This document shows positions 7,050-14,834 of a DNA stretch of 26,279 nt, in pieces. The position numbers and the translations under genes were made by a program. Source of the DNA: an uncultured Anaerolineales bacterium (GTDB lineage: Bacteria; Chloroflexota; Anaerolineae; CAZYHC01); contig CAZYHC010000065.1 in the NCBI GenBank assembly GCA_964646625.1, positions 1 through 26,279 on the forward strand, read 5' to 3'. A model generated the notes under the pieces. That model saw only the letters and a program-made list of their open reading frames with translations, made no database searches and was not told where the DNA came from. Positions within the stretch are counted from its first letter, which is position 1. Each line of letters opens with the position of its first letter.

Positions 7050-9071
7050 TCACTGCACTTCCAGGCGCTCGATGACGACGGCATCTGCCTCGGCCCAGCG
7101 GGGGTCGAGGACGTTCAGGCGTTCCATCGTCTCTTGAAAATATAACCCCAGTGCCAGGTGATAGCGCCCGGCCGGGGCTTCCGGGGCCAGGGGCAGCCAG
7201 CACTCCTCCCGGAAAGTCTGGCCTGCCTTCCAGCGGGAGGTGGGGTAGTAACTTAATTGCCTGCTAAGATCCGAGTACAGGATGCTGAGCGGCTGTTTAT
7301 CTAGCTGTCCCCAGCCCTGGCCGTTTGGTCCTACCAGGTGCACGAAAAGGTGGTAATCCCTCTCCATCTCGCTCAAAGCCTGCCAGTAGAGAGTGAGGTG
7401 AAACACCCCCTCTTTCTCCACCACGTTAGAACCCAGATCGTAGCCCAGCAGACGGATCTTATCCTCGAAATCGACCGCCAGGGAGAATTGAGGTTGAGCT
7501 TCCTGATAGAGCGGTATGGGGATCATTTGTACCAGGCCGTAGGGCGGATAGGCGCGTTTGCTGGCTTCCAGGGGGAAATCCAGCAGATAGAGGGGCCGCC
7601 CGGCCTCCAGACAGTTCTCGAACAGCTTTTTGCCCCCTTTCGAGGTCGGGTGGGCGGAGATCACCAGCAGATCGGGACGCTGGTCGGCGGTGTACTGGAA
7701 GTAACGTATGGCCGCCGTCAGCCCCGAAGGGCCGAGGAGCACCGCTTTTTCCTCCAGGGGGCGGGTCAAGACCTGCTGAGCGTAAGTGGCGGCGCTGTAA
7801 TCCCCGCTCATGTCCAATTCAGGGTAATGGCGATACAGGAGGCCCAGAGGAACGACCGCCCACAACAGGTAATAGAAGATGTAGGGAAGCTGGTAGCCTT
7901 TGGCCAGGTTGATAGCTTTCTGCCGGGCGGCGAGGAGAGACCACAGCCAGTCCAGCCCCACTCCCATCCAGATGGCGAAGATGAGGTAGGCGGGCAGGAA
8001 GTAAAACTGAGGCTCCTCGTGCCCCACCAGCGGGAGGCTGTAGGCCATCACCCCCAGGTAAGCCAGCCAGAGGAGAACAGAGGTCTTCCGCCCGATCACG
8101 ATCAGGCGAAAGGCCCCGATAGCGCCCACCAGCAGGCCCAGGGGACCAAACTGGGCAAACTGGGAATCCAGCCACACCCCCAGACGCTCGAAGAAGTGGG
8201 CCAGGGAATATATGCGCAAATAATAGGCGTATTCTCGCCCGGTGACGACGTTAATGAAGCCCGCCAGGGAATGCTGATAGTGGGCCGTGACCTTGCCCCG
8301 CAGGACGGCTTCGGGCAGGCTGGGATACAGTGCTGCGTTAGCCGGATCGGCCTGGGCCAACAGCACCCCTCCCCGCCAGGGAATGTAAAGATAAAGCAAC
8401 AGGGGCAGCAGGCCCACCAGCGCCGGCACCACCAGCCGCTTGAGCTTCAGGCCCGCGGTCAGAAAATAAAAGACGACGTAGGCCGGCAGCAAGAGGAGGA
8501 TCATGCGATGGTGAGCCAGGCTCAGGCCGTATGCCAGGGCAAAAAGCGTCAGCCAGCGGGCGCGTTCGGCCTCCTGTTCCTCTCGCAGCCCTCCCCAGCG
8601 GAGCAGCAGGTAGAGGGTCAGGGCCACGAAGAAAATATTGAGGGCATATACCCTGGCTACCACCGCCCCCGACCAAAAAGTGTGGCTCACCGCCAGGCAG
8701 AAGGCCGCTAAAATGGCCGGGGCGCGGGGTTCGATGACCTGGCGGACGGACAGGTAAACCAGGGGCACGGCCAGCGCAGTAGCCAACGCCGAGAGCAAAT
8801 TTACCCGATAAGCGACGTCCCCCAGCGGAATGAAGGTAAACAACTTGCCCAGCAGGGTGTAAAGCGGATAGCCGGTGGGATACAGCACCCCCAGGATGTA
8901 ACAGCCGTACTGGTGGGCGGCGCTATTGCCATACCACACCGTTGGGGCCATGGTCTTTAGGTAAAGCGCCAGGCTCCCTATAGCCAGAATCAGGGAAACC
9001 AGCCCATCCCCGGCCAACACTCTTTTTCGATTCTCTAATCGAGATTCGTTCACTTGTGCCACTGCCTGCAA
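7050..9071 (-). CDS. DUF2723-family polytopic membrane protein (GT39/PMT/ArnT-like glycosyltransferase fold) with C-terminal soluble domain
   Basis: The N-terminal YGNSAAHQYGCYILGVLYPTGYPLYTLLGKLF matches the DUF2723 signature (HPPGYPLY). There are >10 predicted TM helices and a ~200-aa C-terminal domain. It is the last gene of the minus-strand operon and overlaps the lipoprotein gene. Confidence 0.6.
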   Translation of the reverse strand: MQAVAQVNESRLENRKRVLAGDGLVSLILAIGSLALYLKTMAPTVWYGNSAAHQYGCYILGVLYPTGYPLYTLLGKLFTFIPLGDVAYRVNLLSALATALAVPLVYLSVRQVIEPRAPAILAAFCLAVSHTFWSGAVVARVYALNIFFVALTLYLLLRWGGLREEQEAERARWLTLFALAYGLSLAHHRMILLLLPAYVVFYFLTAGLKLKRLVVPALVGLLPLLLYLYIPWRGGVLLAQADPANAALYPSLPEAVLRGKVTAHYQHSLAGFINVVTGREYAYYLRIYSLAHFFERLGVWLDSQFAQFGPLGLLVGAIGAFRLIVIGRKTSVLLWLAYLGVMAYSLPLVGHEEPQFYFLPAYLIFAIWMGVGLDWLWSLLAARQKAINLAKGYQLPYIFYYLLWAVVPLGLLYRHYPELDMSGDYSAATYAQQVLTRPLEEKAVLLGPSGLTAAIRYFQYTADQRPDLLVISAHPTSKGGKKLFENCLEAGRPLYLLDFPLEASKRAYPPYGLVQMIPIPLYQEAQPQFSLAVDFEDKIRLLGYDLGSNVVEKEGVFHLTLYWQALSEMERDYHLFVHLVGPNGQGWGQLDKQPLSILYSDLSRQLSYYPTSRWKAGQTFREECWLPLAPEAPAGRYHLALGLYFQETMERLNVLDPRWAEADAVVIERLEVQ

Positions 9072-9610
9072 CGCGAGTAATACCAGCGGGGGGATACTTC
9101 CCGACGGGGCCGCTCGGCGGTACGCACCACGTAACGGTCCACCTCCACCCAGCCTACCACCTGACCTCCAGAGATCACCTTCAGGGCCTTATTGCCGCCT
9201 TTTACCTCGGCTGGTTGCAGCCTTTCTCCCCCCTCCAGCACCGAGAGGGCCAGAAGTTCCTCTTTGAATTGGGCCAGCGTCCACCTTTGCGGCTGAAGCT
9301 GGCCGTTCACCAGCATGACCACCTCCTCCGCTCTGGCCCCGAACTGGAGGTTATAATCCCCTTCGGGGCAGGAGGAGGTGGTGGGCGACGGGGTTGGAGT
9401 CGGGAGCGCCGTCTGCGGGGAAAGGGTGGGGGTGCTAAACGGGAAGGCGGGGGTGGGAGAGGGCCAGCCCGTGGGCCACTGCGGCTCAACCACATTATGG
9501 GTGCCCGTGCGTTGGACGCCAATCACGATGTCGCAGCCCGTCGATAAAAATAAGACCAGCGCCAATGGCAACCATAAGATGTCGATAACCCGCCCATTCT
9601 TCAGCGTCAA
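9050..9610 (-). CDS. Putative lipoprotein / exported protein with Pro/Thr-rich linker
   Basis: The ORF-track frame 9050..9739 overlaps the M23 gene in another frame. The plausible start is TTG at 9610, 4 nt after the M23 stop. That start gives MTLKNGRVIDILWLPLALVLFLSTGC, a signal peptide plus lipobox-like Cys. A PT-rich linker (PTPAFPFSTPTLSPQTALPTPTPSPTT) precedes a ~80-aa C-terminal domain. Confidence 0.5.
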   Translation of the reverse strand: MTLKNGRVIDILWLPLALVLFLSTGCDIVIGVQRTGTHNVVEPQWPTGWPSPTPAFPFSTPTLSPQTALPTPTPSPTTSSCPEGDYNLQFGARAEEVVMLVNGQLQPQRWTLAQFKEELLALSVLEGGERLQPAEVKGGNKALKVISGGQVVGWVEVDRYVVRTAERPRREVSPRWYYSRCRQWHK

Positions 9611-9614
9611 CGTT

Positions 9615-10295
9615 TCATTCCCCCGGCAAGAAATACATGGGATCGACAAACCCCCGCCCGCCCGGCTCGAAGGGGTGGTCTGGGGTGCCGGTCCACTGCA
9701 CCCCGACCAGGATCTCGAAATGCAGGTGAGGCCCCCCACTATAGCCCTCGCTGCCTACCCTGGCGATGAGCTGACCGCCGACCACATATTCCCCGGCGCG
9801 GACCAGGGCGGCGCTGTTGTGGGAATAAGTGGAGTATACGTCTTCGCCGTGACTGATGACCACGGCCTGTTCACCCCGTCCCACCCTGGCCCCCCGCAGA
9901 TACAGCCAGCCCACGTAGACCACCAGCCCGTCGCCTACGGCGTAGATGGGCGTGCCGGTCGGGGCACAAAGGTCGATGCCGGTGTGATAACCGGTAGGCT
10001 GGTAGTGGATCGGGTTGCCAAACCGCTGGCACAGCTCGGAAAAGGGCGCCAGGGGATTGTGGGTGATGTAAGCCAGCCCTTCGTATTGCGCCAGCACGGT
10101 CTCGATAGCCTCCCGATCGGTGACGTAGCCCCGCCCCAGTCTTTCCTGCGGGGAGGCCAGCAGGAAGGACACCTTATCCAGAAAAGTGACCACCTCTTTG
10201 GGGCCGACCTGGGTAGCCAGCAGACCCGCGCATAGCCCCACGATCAAAAACACGTCCAGGATCAGCATCCGGCGTCCAGGCTCAGGCCAGGCCAT
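9615..10295 (-). CDS. M23-family peptidoglycan metalloendopeptidase, membrane-anchored
   Basis: HTGIDL (HxxxD), SHNS and GGPHLHFEI (HxH) are the M23 Zn ligand and catalytic motifs. There is an N-terminal TM anchor. It lies 12 nt downstream of the ATPase gene. Confidence 0.85.
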   Translation of the reverse strand: MAWPEPGRRMLILDVFLIVGLCAGLLATQVGPKEVVTFLDKVSFLLASPQERLGRGYVTDREAIETVLAQYEGLAYITHNPLAPFSELCQRFGNPIHYQPTGYHTGIDLCAPTGTPIYAVGDGLVVYVGWLYLRGARVGRGEQAVVISHGEDVYSTYSHNSAALVRAGEYVVGGQLIARVGSEGYSGGPHLHFEILVGVQWTGTPDHPFEPGGRGFVDPMYFLPGE

Positions 10296-10307
10296 CCTCG
10301 CTCCCCC

Positions 10308-12530
10308 CTAAACGCCCCAGTGTTTGCGCAGGTCTCGTACCTCCGTCAGCGGCTTGCGGGCGAAAAGCTGCATCTCCCACTCTGTGGGGCTGGAATGCAC
10401 GTCCCGCAGCCATTTGCCTACCTGGAGCACAAAACGTCCCTTGAAAGGAGCCGCCGCGCCCGGGGGCCAGAATCGGCTGATCATGTGCACGATGTGTTCG
10501 CTCTCCAGCAATTGCAATTTGGGCAGAATCGGGTAGTCGTAGGTGAAAAAATCACAGAAAATCTGGGTGGTAGCCATGAGAGCAGCCATGCGCATCGGCT
10601 CGTTAGGGCGGTCGAGCATGGTGAGCGCCTGGGTGGTCCAGATGCCCACCGTGTCCTTGCCCAACCCCTGGGACAGAATTTCGGCCAGAATCAAAAGCCG
10701 GTCATCCGTAGCCGCGGCCCAGGGGAAAACCTCATCCACCACCAGCATCATGGGTTGCCCTTTTTTGGAGAGGCCCTGCACCCAGCGCAAGAAGATAATA
10801 TCCAGTGCGGGCTTGTGTTTCTGAGCCTGATAAAATATGTAACGCTCCTGGTTATAGCTTTGCAGCCGGCGGGCGAAAGCCTCCTGCTCTGTCGGGGCCT
10901 CGTCGGGAGTGATGAACACCCCACCCAGCCGCGAAAACACCCCCCACCATTCCGGGTCTTCGCCCGGCACCAGGGTCTTGTTGTTGATAACCGCGATGCG
11001 CCGGGTCAGACCCAGCATCCACAGCCGATAAAGAATGGTCTGGGCCAGAGTGCTTTTGCCCACCGTGGTCATGCCGATGATCCCCATGTGGCCGGTATGC
11101 CAGGGCGCCAGCGCCACCGGTCGGTTGGTGCGTTCCTCCCGTCCGATGAGGATGGCTTCCCTGGGCACGGCGTAGCCGTGGAAAGAGAGCATCGGTTTAG
11201 CCCGTTCCAGGTTCAGGAGCATGGTATCCCGGCCCGACAATCGATGGGGCACAGTAGGCAACAGGGCGTTCAGGATACGCTCGTTCTGGCGCTGCGAACG
11301 CCATTCCCGGTAGCGGATGCGGTCGTTGTTCAGGCTGTAGAGCGTATCGCGGTACATGGCCTCCAGGCGCTCGGCGGTGTACGCTTTAAGTATCAGCTCG
11401 GCCCGCACGTCGACCGGCATCTCTCCCTTGCGGATGCTGTCCACCACGGCGCGGCGTTGTTCAAACTCGGTTTTGCGATCTTCCGGGAACTCGCGCAGTT
11501 GGTTGCGTTGCTCGTCGCGCGCCAGTTGCATTTCCTCACGGCGGATGGCCAGCGCCCGGTTGCGACGGATAAAAACACTCCATTTCAGGATCACCTCGTC
11601 GCCGCTCTCCGCGATGCGGTCCTGAAGCCTCTCCCGCAATTGGGGGATGGTCATCTCCCCCAGGTGGAGCAGGGTCAGCCCCCGCAGATAGGCCGAGGGT
11701 CTGATAGGCGCGCCGGCCGGGGTCTCCTGAAAAATGACCCCTCTGGAAGTGATCCGCACCCAATCGGGCAGGATGAGCCGCACACAATCGCCAGTTTCCC
11801 GCCCCAGGGAGACGAAAGCTTCCACCCAACGCTCGTCTTGAGGACGGCGCAGGAGACGATAGAAGATGGGGAGAAACTCCACCTCGCGCAGGGAGAAGCT
11901 CAGCAGGCGTTGTCGGACGTAAGATGAGGGATCGCGGTCGAGCGGCCAGGCGATGAACGTTCTCAGCATTTTGGCCTGCTTACTCAGGCTGTGCAGCACC
12001 TCCTGATAGCTCTCCCAGGCCCGTCCGATTTCCTGGCGGACCCTCTTGTCTCGTACCCGCTGTTTGTGGTTCTCTACCTGTTCTTCGGCCCAGGTGCCGT
12101 GGGTGGTCAGATCGGGGGTCCCCATCCACATCAGGTCGAAGATGCACAAGGGAGCACCCAGCACCCCCAATTCCTGGCTGACCTTGTCCAAATCCTGAAC
12201 GTCCAGGTAGGGGAGCTTGTACAGAGCCACCTGGCGCCCATCGGGCCCGGCCAGACACCGGGGCGTGCCTCTGGCCGGCCAGCGTTCGTAGACGCCATCC
12301 AGCCTGCGCTGTCCGGACTCCGACCAGCGCTGCACGGCCTTATCCATCTCCTCCACCCGGATGGCCAACTGAAAGCCCAATTCCTGCACCTGGTCGGTCC
12401 GAGGCTGAATTTTAGTGGCGGCTTTCCTGGCCACTTCGGAACCCAATACCCGGATACGGGCCGTGGAGGCGGTTAAAAGCCCGCTCCCTTTGGTGCGCCA
12501 TGCCACGTCCAACAGATTGATACGCTTCAC
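10308..12530 (-). CDS. FtsK/HerA/VirB4-clade P-loop ATPase with large uncharacterised N-terminal region
   Basis: Walker A in the C-terminal half is HMGIIGMTTVGKST (H-hh-G-x-T-xx-GKS/T, as in VirB4, VirD4 and HerA). Walker B is MMLVVDEVFPW (compare DEAW). It is followed by GKDTVGIWTTQAL (compare RK-G...hhaTQ). The N-terminal ~450 aa has no motif I recognise. Confidence 0.7.
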   Translation of the reverse strand: MKRINLLDVAWRTKGSGLLTASTARIRVLGSEVARKAATKIQPRTDQVQELGFQLAIRVEEMDKAVQRWSESGQRRLDGVYERWPARGTPRCLAGPDGRQVALYKLPYLDVQDLDKVSQELGVLGAPLCIFDLMWMGTPDLTTHGTWAEEQVENHKQRVRDKRVRQEIGRAWESYQEVLHSLSKQAKMLRTFIAWPLDRDPSSYVRQRLLSFSLREVEFLPIFYRLLRRPQDERWVEAFVSLGRETGDCVRLILPDWVRITSRGVIFQETPAGAPIRPSAYLRGLTLLHLGEMTIPQLRERLQDRIAESGDEVILKWSVFIRRNRALAIRREEMQLARDEQRNQLREFPEDRKTEFEQRRAVVDSIRKGEMPVDVRAELILKAYTAERLEAMYRDTLYSLNNDRIRYREWRSQRQNERILNALLPTVPHRLSGRDTMLLNLERAKPMLSFHGYAVPREAILIGREERTNRPVALAPWHTGHMGIIGMTTVGKSTLAQTILYRLWMLGLTRRIAVINNKTLVPGEDPEWWGVFSRLGGVFITPDEAPTEQEAFARRLQSYNQERYIFYQAQKHKPALDIIFLRWVQGLSKKGQPMMLVVDEVFPWAAATDDRLLILAEILSQGLGKDTVGIWTTQALTMLDRPNEPMRMAALMATTQIFCDFFTYDYPILPKLQLLESEHIVHMISRFWPPGAAAPFKGRFVLQVGKWLRDVHSSPTEWEMQLFARKPLTEVRDLRKHWGV

Positions 12531-12620
12531 CGTCGTTCCCTACCAGGCCCGAAAGTCAAACTCTCAGGCCGAAAGCTCAGACCTGTTCAAGTATGTTTCA
12601 CCATCACCGCCAGCCTATTG

Positions 12621-14108
12621 TTACGGCTGGCTGCCCCCCTTTTGGCCGGGGATGCCGGGCGGAAGGGTGATGTCGGAGGGCATGAAGAGAGTGGCGCGGT
12701 CCTCCTTGGGGGTTTCAGCGATCTTTTCCATTAGCTCGATCGTGTAGATAGCCCTCGGGTCACCCTGATGTAGCAGCCAGCTTACCTTTTCCAGAACGGC
12801 TACGTACCGTTGAAGCAGGGCGGGGTCTATCACTCCTCCACCATCGGTCACAGCTTGCAGGAATTGGCCCAGATTCTCGGCCATAGTCGCGTTCATGACC
12901 TGCTCCAATCTGCGCCGGGCTTCGGCCCGGAACTCGGTGGCCTCCTGCTCTCCCCTGGCTTCGATGACATTGACCAGCCGCTCGGTTTCGGCCTGTAGTT
13001 GGCGGATAGCCCGCTCCCAGCTTATCTGGCGATAGTCACGCACCGGCCTTAGAGCCTCGTCGGTCTGAACTTCTACCTTCTCGATAGCCAGGTCCATGAT
13101 CTCCACCCCCCAACGCTCGACGTCTGCCTCCAACCGACGTCGTATCTCGTCCACCACTTCCTCGCGCGGGCTGGAGGTCCCGCTGGTCGTCCGTCTCATA
13201 GCCGGATCGCTGATGTCGTCCAGCGTGTAGCGGGCCACGATCTCCTGGGCCAGGAGTTTGGCCTGATCCCTGACCGCCTGCTGCCAGTCGTCCACCTTGA
13301 AGGCGGCGGCCAGGACGGCCTCCGGGTCGTAGGCCAGGAGGTCGTCCCAGGCAAACTCATCGTAGCGCCCATCTACGGAGCCTCGGCGGACTCGATAACG
13401 CACCAAAAGCTCGATATCGACTTCCACCCCGTCCCTGGTCAAAAGGTCTTCCACTTCCACGGAGTCCGTTTGGGGGTAGAGATCGACGACCGCCACGATG
13501 TATTCGAAATCGTCGGACATGAAGAAACGGCCTGCTATCCGCCTGAACCTTCCAAAGCGTTCGGTGATTACGGCGTCGCCCTTGTTCACCACTACCAGGG
13601 AGGGGCCTAGATCTCTAAGCTTGGAACCTTCGGGAAAGACGGATTTGCCTTCGCTGATAACGTGAACGGAGAGAGGATACATGGCGGTGCTGAGCATGAA
13701 AGCCCGTCTCATACCGATAACACCTTCAAATATCTGCATAATACGCCTGCCTAGCAGCCGTTGCCGCAGGAAGCGGGCATTGCCCAGACCCATCTCCACG
13801 TAGATCAGAGAGGTAAGGCCAAAGGCCGCCTCGAAGATCAACAGGCCCAGGCCCGCCAACAGCAACCCATCCAGCCAGGGAGAGATAGAGACCCTTTCCG
13901 GCTGGGCGAAAAGCCCGGCTATCAGGAGGAGGACCACCCCGAAAAGGACGGTCAAAATGTACCCCATGGGCCAATCCTCCCTGAATAGAGAGTGGTGCAG
14001 GGTTATCCCAGCGCACAGAATAAATATCAGGAGAGGGAACTCCCACCATCCCAGCAGCAAAAGCAGCACCGCGCCGATAAAACCCAACCACAAAAACGCC
14101 TTTATCAT
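12621..14108 (-). CDS. SPFH/band-7 (stomatin/flotillin-like) domain membrane protein
   Basis: Several N-terminal TM helices are followed by an SPFH core (VVVNKGDAVITERFGRFRRIAG...EVDIELLVRYRV...) and then a long Glu/Arg-rich coiled-coil tail. Confidence 0.75.
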   Translation of the reverse strand: MIKAFLWLGFIGAVLLLLLGWWEFPLLIFILCAGITLHHSLFREDWPMGYILTVLFGVVLLLIAGLFAQPERVSISPWLDGLLLAGLGLLIFEAAFGLTSLIYVEMGLGNARFLRQRLLGRRIMQIFEGVIGMRRAFMLSTAMYPLSVHVISEGKSVFPEGSKLRDLGPSLVVVNKGDAVITERFGRFRRIAGRFFMSDDFEYIVAVVDLYPQTDSVEVEDLLTRDGVEVDIELLVRYRVRRGSVDGRYDEFAWDDLLAYDPEAVLAAAFKVDDWQQAVRDQAKLLAQEIVARYTLDDISDPAMRRTTSGTSSPREEVVDEIRRRLEADVERWGVEIMDLAIEKVEVQTDEALRPVRDYRQISWERAIRQLQAETERLVNVIEARGEQEATEFRAEARRRLEQVMNATMAENLGQFLQAVTDGGGVIDPALLQRYVAVLEKVSWLLHQGDPRAIYTIELMEKIAETPKEDRATLFMPSDITLPPGIPGQKGGSQP

Positions 14109-14141
14109 GATGATGGCCTCCTTACCGTGACATCGCCCCCC

Positions 14142-14822
14142 TCAAATGCGGATGGTGATAACCAGATCGTACAGAGACGAAACGTACATAAGCAAGACGA
14201 ACCCAATAGCTGCCCCCAACAGAATGGTCAGCAGGGTCAAGACCCTGGTGCGGCGGAATATCCAAAACTGGAAAAGCACCCAGCAGATGAGGCCCACCCC
14301 CAGGGCGACGATCAGCAGCACCTCCAGCCTGGGGTGGCCGACCACGGGCTGCAAGATGCCGTACCAGGTGATAAAGCCGCTCTCCAGGCCCAGCGAGATG
14401 GATACCATTAGCTGCTCCCAGGGGGGGCTGATGGTGTCCACCCGGTGCTCATCCTGGCGGCTCAAAACGGACGGTTTGAGCCCCAGCCAGTAGAGAAAAT
14501 CGTGAGCCCCGTCTCTCCAGGGAATGGTGTAACGAATAATATCGGCCACGATGACCACCGCGGTCAAAACGAGCCAGCCTTTGAGGCCCCGCGGATCGGA
14601 TGGGGTGGCAAACCAGTAGGTCAGCCCCAGGGGTAAGCCCAGGAACATCAGAAAAGCGACCAGGAGCACCTCAAAACGCAAAGGGATGTGCACAATGGGC
14701 AGATAGAACCATTCGTGCTCCAGGGTCAGCATGGTTGACCGAATAAACATATTCTCGTCCCAGGCCTGGATCAGCTTCGCCCATATACTGGTCCCATTCT
14801 TTTCCCTGGACCTGGCAGCCAT
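14142..14822 (-). CDS. Integral membrane protein (~4 TM), function unknown
   Basis: Hydrophobic segments, 12 nt downstream of the large membrane protein gene, same operon. No recognisable motif. Confidence 0.5.
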   Translation of the reverse strand: MAARSREKNGTSIWAKLIQAWDENMFIRSTMLTLEHEWFYLPIVHIPLRFEVLLVAFLMFLGLPLGLTYWFATPSDPRGLKGWLVLTAVVIVADIIRYTIPWRDGAHDFLYWLGLKPSVLSRQDEHRVDTISPPWEQLMVSISLGLESGFITWYGILQPVVGHPRLEVLLIVALGVGLICWVLFQFWIFRRTRVLTLLTILLGAAIGFVLLMYVSSLYDLVITIRI

Positions 14823-14834
14823 TTAACCGCTCCC

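Noticed and set aside
7338-8711. 457-aa plus-strand ORF
   Set aside because: Antisense to the DUF2723 membrane protein gene. It has a low-complexity Q/G/R-rich product, while the minus-strand product has a clear family signature.
9611-9739. N-terminal 43 codons of the ORF-track frame 9050..9739
   Set aside because: This part overlaps the M23 peptidase gene in another frame. A TTG start at 9610, 4 nt after the M23 stop, yields a clean lipoprotein signal peptide, so the upstream extension is discarded.
10320-11927. 535-aa plus-strand ORF
   Set aside because: Antisense to the ATPase gene, which carries Walker A and Walker B motifs. No motifs here. It is a high-GC artefact.
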